DNA from: Octopus sinensis
Taxonomy: Eukaryota
Length of the DNA: 64,000 bases
Assembly (NCBI RefSeq): GCF_006345805.1
Contig: NC_042999.1
Coordinates: 168,516,001-168,580,000 of the forward strand
Direction of reading: 5' to 3'
A model generated the notes under the pieces. The model worked only from the letters and a program-made list of their open reading frames with translations. It had not been told where the DNA came from and did not search any database. Shown in pieces: positions 1-12,342 of the stretch. The translations under genes and the position numbers were made by a program. The first letter of the stretch is position 1. Each line of letters begins with the position of its first letter.

Positions 1-382
1 CTCTCCATATTTTGCCTGTTAAAGGTGCTTTTTGCATTATTGAGTTACCCATCTACAGAATTCTGTTGAAAGAATTTCTTTCAAAATTTTTCACTATTAA
101 GCTATATTTGTAAGAAAAGAATATAATTCCATAAAAGTAGACAATTTACTTAAAGTAAACTTTCTTTAAATTACCAATGAAATGTTTCAGGAGTTGAAAT
201 TGTCATTGACTGATGTTTTTTGTAAAGATTAAAAATTAATGTTTTTCTTTCTGCATGTATTTCAATTAATTTCTAAAGCAGGATGTTAGCAATGGTTGCC
301 TTAAAACAAGAAGCATAAAGTAGTGATAATACTTAAGATGCTTTAATTAATGAATTACTGCAAATAATCAATGATGACTTAC

Positions 383-444
383 TTGACTTTGGAAGCAATC
401 TTAACATGGCTTAAATCTTCTTCAAGATTGGTAATTTCTGGAAA
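383..444 (-). CDS. DAAM: DAAM exon (FH2): FPEITNLEEDLSHVKIASKV(N/K)
   Basis: Read by hand; ttcttaacag / gtaagt; 62 nt, phase 0-2; aligns to DAAM1 YPSVLNLNEELRDIPQAAKVN. Confidence 0.92.
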
Positions 445-1154
445 CTGTTAAGAATAATATTAAAATATTGATTTATTTTAATTACACATAGCCCAATTTT
501 GAAAAAAATTAGGACTAAAAGGATGTAAGCAAAGTCTGAACTAAATACTGTATTGTTTTCATTCAGTTAATTGTTGAAATATGTGTGATATTGAAAAGCT
601 ACATAGATTTGCTACAGGAATACTTTGTGAGTACAACAGCAACTCAGAGACTTCATGATTTTGAATAGCTGCAATATTATGGCAAGTAACATGTTGTCTT
701 CATTTGAAAGATGACCACTTTGTAACACATTATTCAGAAATTCTATCTCTTTTTTTCTCATTAGCAGCAGAATAAGTAATATCAGAATAAAAAGAAAAGG
801 ATTATTTTGTCCCTCTAGAATGCACTGGAAACTTAAGAATTGCTTGGAGGTCCTCAAAAGTTGTAACAGAATCATTTTACATATATCACTTTGGTTATTA
901 AGTGATAATATTACTGAAGTGGACAGGTGAGAGTACTGCCATAATGAAGGTTAAGGAAAAGCAGAAAGTCAAATAAAAAGGAACATGGACCTGACAGTAG
1001 AAAGCTGAGTTTAACTGTGGATGTGTAAAGTGAGGGCTGAAAGAACTATCAAGTGGTGAGATGAGGAATGAGAACAACTTCGGAAAAGTGAGATGAAAAA
1101 TGAGGGCAACTACAAGAAAGGTGAAATGTAGGATAAGTACAAAAGATGAATGTA

Positions 1155-2601
1155 TCGGATTGTCCAGAAAGTTCGTGCTGATTTTTAAAGGAAAGAAAAA
1201 GGTCAATAAATACTTGCCATTACATTTTTAATCAACCAAATATAAACCATTTTGTTGCACAATCCGTCTCCATCTTTCCTTTAACTTGAAAATACCCTCT
1301 TCCCAGAATTGAGGTGGTTTCATGGCAAAGAATTCAACAAGGTATCTTTTTACATCATCCAAGGAATTGAAATTTTTACCATTAAGACTATTCTGCAGAG
1401 ACCTGAATAAGTGGAAATCCGAAGGAGCAATATCTGGTGAATATGGAGGGTGGGGAAACACATCCCAGCCAAGCTGCAGCAATTTTTGTCTGGTTCCCAA
1501 AGAAACGTGCGGTTTTGCAATATCATGTTGGGAAACAACACTCTTCCTGTTGGCCAATTCTGGACATTTCTCTTGAATTGCTGCTTTTAACTTGTCCAGT
1601 TGTGTGCAGTATTTCTCAGAATTAATTGTCTGGTTACTTGGGAGAAGTACAGAATTCCTTTCCAATCCCACCAGACACAAAGCAAGATTTTTAAGGTTGA
1701 AACCCACTTTTGAGGTGGCTCATGTCGCTTACTCCAGGATCGCTTTCTCTGAACATTTCGGTAGATAATCCATTTCTCATCACCTGTCACAATTTGCTTT
1801 AAAAAAGGCGCATTTTCATTCCGTTTATAAAGCGAATCACAGATGGAAATGCGATCCAAAAGGTTCTTCTCACTCAACTCATGTGGTACCCAAACATCGT
1901 AGCCATTTGGGTACCCAAGCTTTATGAGGTGCTCATGAACGACGGATTTTGATAGGTTGAGGCTTTCTGCCAATTCTCGGGTTTTGCAATGTGGGTTATT
2001 CTCAATAAATGACTTGATTGGTCATCATCTGTAGTGGATGGCTAGTCTGATCGCTCTTTATCAATAAGGCTACAATCTCCAGCTCAGAACCTAGCGAATC
2101 ACTTTTGGGTAAAGAAACGTCACTGTAAACTGCGCATATTTCTTTGATTGCTTGCGAGGCATTTACAGAAAAAGAAAAGCATCAAGTGCCAAAAATGAAC
2201 TTTCTTATCTTTCATTTTAAAGGGTTACAGAATTAACACAGGTTATAGGAACAAGAGACTATGGCATTACAACCAGCCAGGAACAGTCTTCGCTACATTT
2301 GCGGTACCTGCCAGAGGGAGTGTTTGTCTAGGATAGGACTACACAGCCACAGCAGGAAATGTATCAGGACATGAAATATAAAAGCCGGACTAGACTACTT
2401 TATGCGCAACTCCATTGTCTCCCGAGACAGAAAGGATGCCAACCAACTATAGGAACATAAACCTTCTTCCACGAAAAGATAGCTTAAACTGTGCTCTAAA
2501 TGGAGGTGTAGTCAAATCCTATTTTATAGACTCAACCATGTTCTAAAATAAGTCGAAAGGTAAGCTACTATAACTCGGCACGAATTTTCCGGACAACCCA
2601 A
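1155..2601 (-). mobile_element. mariner (DD34D) transposon, full length, frameshifted transposase 2215-1228
   Basis: Imperfect ~27-bp TIRs (tcggattgtccagaaagttcgtgctga / tcggcacgaattttccggacaacccaa) with TA on both sides; TGDEKW, HDIAKPH and YSPDIAPSDFHLF motifs; 34 residues between the 2nd and 3rd Asp. Confidence 0.93.
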
Positions 2602-2769
2602 TAATTATGTAGAAGTTAAAAGAGAGAATAAAACCATATAAAGATGAAGAAAAGGAAGGGTAAAAGTGTAGAGCAGTACAGAAGAGGATTCAATATATAA
2701 CTAAAGAGAGAGTGATGTAGCAGCTATGAAGCAACAAGGTCAGGTGAGGTGAGGAGGCTGTTGCAGTGT

Positions 2770-3090
2770 GTTGCTGCATTTACCATTTGTCGGTAGATTC
2801 CCAGTTCCTCCTGGGCAACCCACTGAGCAGAGTGCCACTCAATTCCCATCTCCATGAGATGTCTCCTCAACTACTGTGACCATGTAGCATGCGGTTGACC
2901 AACACAAGCTGTCAACTTAGCTGGGTCCTCAGTGAAGAGAACATGGTAATCAAGATCTAACCAGGAAAATTGAGCAACATGGCCAACCAGTCTGAGCTGG
3001 CATTCCCAAATCATACAAGTAACAGGATGCATCTCAATTTCTGAATCATTGTGCTGTGTAAGGACCAGAATGCCAAAGAATAGACCCAAT
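2770..3090 (-). mobile_element. Old RTE-type LINE C-terminal fragment
   Basis: ECQLRLVGHVAQF...VGQPHATW resembles the RTE ORF C-terminus (QLRxxGHVAR...GRPxxxW). Confidence 0.55.
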
Positions 3091-3456
3091 GTCTCTTCTG
3101 TGTCTTGTAAAAGGTGACTAAAGTTGAGATAGGATTTGCACTCCAGCCTTGTAAAACATACCAGCCACAACCTCTTGTACAAACCCCTAAAATTCTTTTC
3201 CCTGGAGAAGTACCTCAACTGTATGAAGTGACTGGGGCAAAGCTATCAGGACCCCTCATCTATTGAATGGAGAAAACTCTGGAGGACAGGGTGGGCCAGA
3301 GGGTTGTTGCCTGAGTGATATAAAGGAGTCATCCATCAGGAGTGGGAAATCTCTGTTCAATTTAAGGAGGCCTATTCGGCTGGGATGATTCCTGTCTGCC
3401 TCTGATAAAGCAACCAGACAAATTCTGTCAAGATATATATACATATATATACTTAC

Positions 3457-3671
3457 TTTTTTCTCAAAAGTCTCAAGAAGATAGTGTAATAAGGTAACGT
3501 TTTTGTTAATGCTGGATTTGGTGTCAATAATCTTGTTTAAGCTGATTAGTTTGAAACCACTGGCATTCCCTCGTTGACCTCGGTTCATGTAATTACCAAA
3601 AGCTAGGACAATTTCAAGTAGTTTCTTTAATTTCTTGCTTCTGAAAACTTCTTTTGATGCTTCCATAACGC
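3457..3671 (-). CDS. DAAM: DAAM exon (FH2 post): VMEASKEVFRSKKLKKLLEIVLAFGNYMNRGQRGNASGFKL...LLETFEKK
   Basis: tttctcgctag / gtaagt; 215 nt, phase 1-0; GNYMN and GFKL motifs. Confidence 0.96.
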
Positions 3672-4369
3672 CTAGCGAGAAAGAGAGAAAAAAAATTAAG
3701 ACACGTATTTTCTTTGTTTTTAGAAAACATCTGGAGAAAATACAAGTTTTCTGTTGAAGTTTGTTGATGCTTGGATGACATAAAATACTTTCTAATTGTA
3801 TACATTGGATGACATAAAATACTTTCTAATTATAATAGAAGTGTTTGTATACATTATTTGTTTCCAGTGAAACTGTTACAACTCTTTCATTTAATTATGG
3901 ATTGCTTTGTAGATAATTGGTCAGCGATTTTTAAAATTCTTAAATAAATGCTCTGGCACTTAAACCCATTTGATATCAAACTGCCAAAAGTTGCATTTAG
4001 TTGTGTGATACAAACCTTGTTTTCAAAGAGATCTAAATTAAAATCTGTCATCAAAATTTCATGTCAATTTATCTTCCAAACATCAACTTAATAATGACAA
4101 AACTATTTTACTAAATTCTTCATTATTTTAAGAATTAACTGAAGCAAGGGTAGCATTTTACAAAAGAAGTGTTAACAAAAAGGTTAATAGAGATTATTTG
4201 TTGGAAGTGTCTGAGTTCACTCATACAAGTTTTATAGGTAGAACAGAATGCCCCTCATTGTAGTTTGGTGGCCATGTTGGTATTTTGCCTCCAGTGATTA
4301 CAATCTATTAAGTAACTGTGTATAAATACAGAAGTGTATATATGCAGAAGCATGAGTGGCAGATCTAGG

Positions 4370-4620
4370 CACTGCACCTATCCACCAAAATCAAAGTCTA
4401 TGAGGCGGTTGGCATCACTATTCTCCTCAATGGATCAGAAACTAGGGTGTTGGACAGGGAGCAGATTAAGCTGCTGGAATGCTTTCACCAAAGATGCCTT
4501 CACTGCATCATGGATATCTCAGAGAAGGAGCACTCACCAATAACGACGTCTGTCAGTAAGCCAACATCCTAAGAATTGAAATCAATCTGCTGCTCAGACA
4601 GCTCAGATGAGCAGACCAAG
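4370..4620 (+). mobile_element. Degenerate RTE LINE fragment
   Basis: Hand translation STKIKVYEAVGITILLNGSET...KLLECFHQRCL, an RTE post-RT motif. Confidence 0.65.
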
Positions 4621-4625
4621 TTTCA

Positions 4626-5047
4626 TCTCTCTATATATAAACGGTAGTTTGTCTGTCTGTGTGTCTGTCAGGTTGTACCCTCACCCTGACCACGGCTTTC
4701 AACCGATTCTGATGAAACTTGACACACACATAGCCCAATGTCATAATTCAAAACTAACGCAGTGAAAATTTTGAAAAGTTCCCCCAGTTCTGAAAAAAAT
4801 CGATAAATTCGACATGGGGTCGAGAATCTAAGCTTTTCATATGCAACACATTTTCTGTTGTAGTTTTCGCAACTTGCAATCGGGAGACAGCTAGGAACAT
4901 TGTATACATAGAAGTATTCGAGTGAAGAGAAGACACTGCAACCTACATATGCGCCTTTGTTCCCTAGAGGGAAAGAACTAGATTGGGATTAGTTGTTGCC
5001 TACTAGGGGCTCTTACATACCCGGGCAATGCCGGGCTATGCTGCTAG
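4626..5047 (+). mobile_element. Non-autonomous Helitron
   Basis: A|TC...CTAG|T junctions, no TSD, subterminal hairpin cccgggcaatgccggg. Confidence 0.8.
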
Positions 5048-6016
5048 TGCATGAATAAATCCAGAATGCCAGCTGCTGTATTTTACAGAGAGCTCTTTCT
5101 TGATCTGCCATCCTACAAATACATGCTTGCACAGATAATCTTCCTCATCATCATTTAACGTCCAGCTTCCATGCTAATATGGGTTGGACAGTTCAACAAG
5201 ATCTGATGATGCAGTCCTCTGATTCATCAAATATTGAGAAATCATCCAGCCACGCCAACATGGAAGCTGGACATAAGATGATGGTGTGTGTGTACATGTA
5301 TTTATACACTGATACATATTACAAATATGCAACTACTTAATACAATAATAGGTTATTTCCACTAGAGGCAAAATACCAACATGGTCACTGAAATAAAAAC
5401 AAGAGAATTCTCCTCTGCCACCTTTTATAAAATTTCGTTTTCTTTTTCTTTTTTTCCCAGCATTGGCAAGAACATTTAAAGATTAGATTAAAGCATAAAA
5501 GCTGAAAGCACTTTTCATTTTTTAAAGTTTATTTAAGAATTAACTAAATGCTCTTCACTGATGTATCTTCACAGATACATTTTCTAAATTATCATTAGTG
5601 TGGTTAGTGAGTGGTTTTGGTTTGGTGCTACTGTGTGCTACCTTGGGTAAGTGTTTTCTACTAGTCTTATGTTAATCAATGCTTTGTGAGCAAGATCTGG
5701 TTGACAGAAACTGCATGGAAGTATTTGCACACACACGAGTTGGTGTATGTTTTTATACTATGTTCCATAAATTAATGAATGGTTCAACAAATAAAGATTC
5801 CTAAAATAGGTACCAAACTTAAAAATAAGTACTGGGGTTCATATGATTAGGCTAAACCCTTGAAAGTAGAGACTAGCATGGTAATATTCCAATAAAAGAA
5901 ACCAGTAAAAGAACATTTATTAGAAAATTCTAAATCATCAATAAACTTGGTTGTTTTTGAAATACAACATTTTTGGGTAACCCAAGTTAGATTTGTTTAA
6001 ACAGTCCTATGGTATA

Positions 6017-6635
6017 TGGGGAGGTATCAAAAAGTGCTCAGACTAGTTCTGTAGTGTGCCAAAATTTGGCAACACATGGTTGCATGTGCAGCGAGAGCTA
6101 GCAGTAACCTTTATGCTGCAGAGTGCCAAGTGACATCGCTGTTTGCTGTAGTCTGTGATCATCATGGACAGGAAGTTGGAACAAAGAGCTAACATGAAAT
6201 TTTGCATTAAACTTGGGAAGTCTGCTGCAGAGTCATTGAACATGCTTCGGCTAGCTTATGACAATGAAACAATGGGTTGTAAGCAATGTTTAAAGTGGAA
6301 CGGGCGCTTCAAAAGTGGAAGAACGTTTCTGGAAGACAATGAGCAATCTAGAAGACCTGCCATAAGCGCCACCCTCCCCCAAAAAATTCCTCAGCTTGCA
6401 CATGAGGATGGTCGGAGGGCAGTCAACGACATTGCTGAGGCTGTTGGTCTGTCATATGGGTCTATGCAGGCAATCCTTACTCTGTCACCAAGCTCTCCTC
6501 ACTCTTGAGTCTCTCACCAAAAAAACGTGGTATTGCTTCTGCACCTGCCCTATTCGCCAGATTTAAAACCTGCAGACTTCCATCTCTTTTCCAAGATGAA
6601 AATGCAGTTCAAAGGTTGCTGTTTTAACACAAGAT
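6017..6635 (+). mobile_element. Truncated, internally deleted mariner (irritans-like)
   Basis: TA + TIR-like tggggaggtatcaaaaagt; EQRANMKFCIKLGKSAAE HTH, then a jump to LPYSPDLKPADFHLF. Confidence 0.8.
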
Positions 6636-6825
6636 CTCACAAAAAATGAGACCAATCTCAGTATGGAGCAAACCTTTTATTTCCCTTTCAGTAAATTCCT
6701 ATTTAACACAATTAAGATGTTACAAAAATCTTGCATCAAAGGGCTGATACAATCTTTGGTCGGAAATTTTGTCTCTCACAAAATCTGCAATAAATCTAAG
6801 GATAAGGAAAAATAAAACCAATTAA

Positions 6826-7034
6826 AATGGTTGTATACTGTTAATTTAACATGACAGTAGGGGACTACACCACCGCTGTTTAACCCTAGGAAGCATCGAC
6901 GCCTCCTGATGGCTTTGACACATTTTTTTTTTGCGTCAAAGCAATCAGGAGGCGTCGATGCTTCCTAGGGCTAAACAGCGGTGGTGTAATTCCTTTACAG
7001 GACTGTCACGTTAAATTGACAGTATACAACCATT
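6826..7034. repeat. Near-perfect foldback (~95-bp arms, T-rich loop); MITE-like
   Basis: aatggttgtatactg...cctaggaagcatcgacgcctcctgat...tttgacac / gcgtcaaag...atcaggaggcgtcgatgcttcctagg...cagtatacaaccatt. Confidence 0.9.
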
Positions 7035-7315
7035 CGATCGCTCCACCACCGTACATATCTCTATGAGATATTTAGAAATTTAATATTTCTGAAAACCAAT
7101 TAAGAATTTCAGAAAAGCAAAATTTACAATTATAGTCTTGAGGAGGAATCACAAAAGGCCAAAACTGATAGGTTATTTAATTTTCCAATTCAAAAGTTTT
7201 ACCTGCTCATTTCAAACTACTCAGCTTATGTATTTAAGAAAAATAAAAAACCGTAAAAGAAAAAACAAAATACAGTTATTTTCAAATAAGCCATCCAAAT
7301 TGTTGATGTACCTAC

Positions 7316-7404
7316 CTTCAATTTTAGGTTTGCAATCAGAGATTCTCTCTTGGAACTTCTTCTTGAAATATAAAGCTTTTACCCTTTGTTCATAGTGAAC
7401 AATC
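7316..7404 (-). CDS. DAAM: DAAM exon (FH2): [29 protein letters not shown](G)
   Basis: Read by hand; actttgatag / gtaggt; 89 nt, phase 2-1. Confidence 0.94.
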
Positions 7405-8287
7405 CTATCAAAGTAAACAAAGTAAATCCATCCATCAAATCACTATTTTAAAGCAAAAAGGTCAGTAGATAAGTGGAAATTTGTAGCTTTGAAAATGTTC
7501 ATAAACACATTTTCATCAATTTTATATGATGGGTAAGTTTGTTAATTGACAAAGTACTGGACTGTTGGAAGTGACTCAAAGGTTTGTACATGATACGGAT
7601 TATAAATGGAATTACTATAGAAGGTCCATCACAATTTAAAAAATTACAATCTTCTAAAAAACATTTTAAAAAAATAGGATACAATATATGTCTATCACTC
7701 ACCCACTCACACTCTTTCTATATCTCTCTTTCCCGTTCATATACACTTTTTAGCTATGAAAATATTTCAACATTCTGACAAGGAATTGCTCAAAGTACAG
7801 AGAGAATAAATAATATAAAAAATTGGACATGCTTTTTGGCACTATTCATGCAATTACTATAATTATGTGAGAGTGAAACTGTATATTTCTTCCCATCTTT
7901 TTGAAACCCTCCCTGAAACCACTTCTTTATCTCCTGCATTTTCAGTATCACCCATTAACACCTTAGTTTCCACTAAATACACATTTCAGCTTCCCTTTCC
8001 CCCTTGTACATCTGTTCATTCTGACAACACCAGCCCTCACTACCTATGTTTGTCTCCCCTTATGTATGTCTGACCTCATCCCAGGGACCGTGTAATTCTC
8101 TTGCATCCCAACCTCCACACCCTTCACATTATTTGTGCTGCCATCTATTACTTTCTTGTCCTCCTCCTATTTCTTACTCCTTCTTTTCCCACCAATTGAT
8201 AATCACCATTGACCATACCTCCACCCATGTTCACCTTTCACTGCATTCACCTTTATCCCCGTCTCTATCTACCTGCAACTCTTGTTT

Positions 8288-8712
8288 CATCATCATCATC
8301 ATCATTTAACGTCCACTTTCCAAGCTAGCGTGGGTTGGACGGTTCAACTGGGGTCTGGGAAGCCCGAAGGCTGCACTAGGCCAGTCAGATCTGGCAGTGT
8401 TTCTACAGCTGGATGCCCTTCCTAATGCCAACCACTCCGTGAGTGTAGTGGGTGCTTTTTATGTGCCACCGACACAGGTGCCAGACGAGGCTGGCGAACG
8501 GCCATGCTCGGATGGTGTTTTTTATGTGCCACCGACACAGGTGCCAGACGAGGCTGGCAAACGGCCATGCTCGGATGGTGTTTTTTATGTGCCACCGACA
8601 CAGGTGCCAGACGAGGCTGGCGAACGGTCATGCTCGGATGTTGTTTTTTATGTGCCACCGACACAGGTGCCAGACGAGGCTCGGATGGTGTTTTTTACGT
8701 GCCACCGGCACT
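8288..8712 (-). mobile_element. RTE 3' end or SINE-like copy with (CAT)n tail and 63-bp tandem units
   Basis: Same tail as the RTE LINEs at 49151 and 62000-62440; atgtgccacc recurs at 8461, 8524, 8587, 8650. Other copies lie at 38855-39002, 52255-52376, 53605-53890, 58953-59279, 63093-63392 and about 30720-30950, plus a plus-strand tail at about 10640-10722. Confidence 0.8.
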
Positions 8713-9278
8713 CTTGAAAATCTACTCATTGACCCTGTTCAGTCCTTTGGACCACTCCTCTAATATTCATCATCCTATAACATGAGGTTTTGCTCTGACA
8801 CATCTTCCTCATCATCTTTTCTGCTTTTCCAACTGGGATAGCCATGCATCTCTTCTTCAGTAAGACACCTGTTCCTGTCCTTCTATCATACTTAAGGACA
8901 AAAACAGAAACATACTGATGAAAGTACCATCAGGCAACTACACATACAAGTTAATGAATGCCTCTGCACTAAAGCTTCTTCCATCAAAACACACCTGTGG
9001 AAATCTGCCATCCAAGACAGCCAGGTTTCCATTTAATTTACAGAATGAAGCATTGGGAAGCTGAGAATAAAATAAACCATCTTACCTGGCCAGACCAACA
9101 TAATTGAGCTACATAAAGCTGATTGGCTACTATAGCAATGCTATGCTTGCGTATGTCAAACAACCCCTTATATACACACACTTGTCAAACATTTCATAAT
9201 TAGCAAGCAAAAGGGATAGTGAAACAATATTAAATATTTTATATTTGTGAAGAAATATTGATTTGTCAGGGAACTTAC

Positions 9279-9385
9279 TTGCCCATTTCGAAGAGAAATC
9301 TGTCAGCTCGAGCCATTTGATCTATCTCATGGTTGTGTTCTGACAATAGTTGGCTCTCTTCAGGTGTGGGGACAAATTTCAGCAG
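9279..9385 (-). CDS. DAAM: DAAM exon (FH2): [35 protein letters not shown](K)
   Basis: Read by hand; gttttttag / gtaagt; 107 nt, phase 0-2. Confidence 0.95.
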
Positions 9386-9493
9386 CTAAAAAACAAGTAA
9401 ATCTTTTTTATAAAACCAATGACAATCATTCGTTATCTTACATATTTACAGAAAACTAAGAGCTGGACTTTATTTTAGTTAAACAGCTTATTC

Positions 9494-9853
9494 CTGGTTC
9501 CGGGTTCAGTCCCACTGCGTGGCATCTTGGGCAAGTGTCTTCTACTATAGCCTCGGGCCGACCAATGCCTTGTGAGTGGATTTGGTAGACGGAAACTGAA
9601 AGAAGCCTGTCGTATATATATATATGTATGTGTATGTATATGTTTGTGTGTCTGTGTTTGTCCCTCTAGCATTGCTTGACAACCGATGCTGGTGTGTTTA
9701 TGTCCCCGTCACTTAGCGGTTCGGCAAAAGTGACCGATAGAATAAGTACTGGGCTTACAAAGAATAAGTCCTGGGGTCGATTTGCTCGACTAAAGGCGGT
9801 GCTCCAGCATGGCCGCAGTCAAATGACTGAAACAAGTAAAAGAGTAAAGAGAG
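9494..9853 (+). mobile_element. tRNA-type SINE family A, 5'-eroded
   Basis: Box B-like ggttcagtccc, central (TA/TG)n, tail aacaagtaaaagag; multicopy in the window. Confidence 0.85.
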
Positions 9854-10766
9854 TATTTGTCTGGTTTGGTTTTAGGGATGAGATATCTATTTCATCTTTA
9901 GTCATCTCAAGTAGGATTGTATTAAAAGGTAATGAAAACTACGTGTCAATCCTAGAGACAGTGTGTAACTGTAGCGGCAGAATATAAACCATTAACCATT
10001 CATTTCCCTCAAATCAATAAAACAAGTAGCAGTAATAAACATACAGCCAGCTGTGGTTATGTGTGTGTGTGTGTATGTATGCATGTGTAAGCTCTCTTCT
10101 GATTCTAATTATTTGAAGTCTTCCTCTGAGAAAGAAGCTGATTTCTAACAAAGATTCAAAGTCCGATCATTGGAATGCAGCTAACAAAAACAATGCCACA
10201 TTTTGAACTTGAGAAAAGTCAGATATTTTTACTGTTCTGCTTACAAATGTGTGTGTGTTATATACTCTTCTATTCACCTTCTCGTACCTTGAAAGTAGGC
10301 TTCAGCAAACTCATCACCATCATTTTTATCTTCTTTCCAGCTACTTTCCATCCACCCTTATATATTGTGGTGTACCTTATGTATCTCCTCTATAGCAAGA
10401 CACTGGAGCCTGTCCCTCTATTATAATACTCTCTATAAGACATAGTTGAGTCAAAACTGTATATCCACAAAGTTAATTTGCACCAAAAGGAAGCAGTTTT
10501 GCCTTTTAACACCTGGCATAAAGCTTCTTCCTCTTTTCTCAAGTACAATCCCACGCAGCTGAGGTGGCTTTTTTTTTTGTTTTGCAAGATACTTGGTGGC
10601 CTCAAAAAAAACAAAAACACCCAGTGCACACTATAGGGGTTGGCATTAGGAATGACATCTAATCATAGAAACCATTCAATCCATGTCAGCATGGAAAACA
10701 GATGTTACATAATGATAATGATGGTGCATGTGTGTACATATGTACATTACACATACACACTCATAA

Positions 10767-10817
<51 letters not shown>

Positions 10818-11004
10818 GAGTAGTTGAATGAATTATCTTATTATGGATAATTCGGTTAACCGATACCCGGGTAGCAAATTCACGTCAGAAAAACACGGTT
10901 GAAGCTACATGCAAAGGGCAGAGATCACGCGCTTTCGTGTGGAAATTTGTGTGTTTTTTTAAATACAAATAAATGAAAAAATGGAGTTGAACGACGAATT
11001 AACA

Positions 11005-11109
11005 AAATTCCTTTATTCTCGACATATGTTTCGAAGGCTGCATATTCCTAATTTCGAAGGAATAAGGGGTGCATTATGCCGCCTTCTCATCAGGAAAAAC
11101 AGGGAACTT
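11005..11109 (-). ncRNA. Type I hammerhead ribozyme, GUC site, sense to DAAM pre-mRNA
   Basis: Minus strand: ...ccctgtttttc CTGATGA gaaggc...gccttc GAAA catatg TC^ gagaataaagg. Core fully canonical, G10.1-C11.1, palindromic helix III ACAUAUGU, helix I of 5 bp + internal loop + 7 bp. Confidence 0.85.
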
Positions 11110-11633
11110 ATGTCAGCATAAAGATGCACAAAAACTTTTAGATGACTGCCCACACGGAGCCCATAGTGAGAATAAAGGAATTTTGTTAATTCGTCATTCA
11201 ACTCCATTCTTTCTTTCTTTCATATATATATATATATATATGCATGCAATACTCATAATACAAAGAGATATTAAAATTTATGGAAAACTGAGAAAAAAAA
11301 GTTTAATATCATTTGTTTCCAAGCAGAAATAGAAATATCAGTTAGACATCAGCAACTGAAGGTAGCATTACTAACATTTCACACAAGGTTCTGTCAACAT
11401 TTATTGGGCTACATTTTTCAGTAAAGCACTCACAGCCTTAAGTTCATAAGGAAACAGAAACTGGCTCATCTAGGATAATATCTTTCAAAATACTTGACTT
11501 CTATCCAATGAGTAAATTCATCTATTCAATTAATATTATGCCGCTTGTGTTGCCATAAGTCATTAAAGGATTAACTGTGTAGACAACACTCAATTCTAAA
11601 ATGAAGAGAAGCAGAACTCAGAGATTTGTTTAC

Positions 11634-11891
11634 CTGCTCCAGCATATCCTTTGGAAGATCTTCCTGTTCATCCATATTCAGAATTGCTGTGGCTAATTCA
11701 TCATTAGTTAATTTCAGCTTTGATAGTAAAATCGTACAATTCTGTGCACGACGACCATCAACAACAGACAATTCTTTTGCTTTCAACTTGGCATTTTGGT
11801 TCTTATCCTCTTCATCTTCAAACTGCCCACCTTTTCTTTGGTATGCTGAGAATGTCTTTTCAAAATCTTGCAAATCCAGTGTTTTATACAT
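11634..11891 (-). CDS. DAAM: DAAM exon (FH2): [18 protein letters not shown]...[14 protein letters not shown]...DLPKDMLEQ
   Basis: ttactttcag / gtaaac; 258 nt, phase 0-0; conserved actin-binding Ile in NCTILLS. Confidence 0.96.
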
Positions 11892-12342
11892 CTGAAAGTA
11901 ATGCCAAACAAAAAATTTTAACATAAACATTAATACAAAATAAAGTAAATGAAAAAATACAAAACACACTTGTACAAGTCTTCAAATATTCATACGAACA
12001 CTGTGACATATTTGTTGCTTATCATGCCTTCATTCATCAGCAGCACAATTTTCATAACATACATCTGAGACTGATTTCAGCCAATGAGTAATAATAATTT
12101 ATTGAAGTGTAGCTTGACTTTTTATGCTAAATAATTCAAACAGAATTGTCAAACTATGGGACCAACCTTGGAGCTCAGTTTTGCCAAACTCAAAAATGCA
12201 TATATAGTAAAAGTTGTTCTTATCAGCCAATCAGCTCCCTTTTGGTTCAAATTACTTTTGTTGATATACAGTTTTGACTCAACTATCTCTTATACAGAGC
12301 AATATTTTTTTTGCATCCAAACAGTCTGTTGCATTGTAGCAA

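Noticed and set aside
612-875. ORF containing KKEIEFL, reminiscent of late FH2
   Set aside because: Wrong order (it lies upstream of the 383-444 exon), no good donor, and the rest does not align.
4700-4725. CTGATGA motifs here and at about 5205, 8915, 17135, 42495 and 57575
   Set aside because: No helix II-GAAA-helix III-UH-helix I arrangement; 57575 is simply the YADD codons.
8397-8785. Overlapping repetitive ORFs on both strands; CRISPR-like look
   Set aside because: A stop-free 63-bp tandem repeat with no unique spacers, in eukaryotic retroelement UTR.
9475-9987. Recurrent MLGGQTQTH... and MTTDAGVF... ORFs
   Set aside because: Chance frames of SINE family A repeated at each copy.
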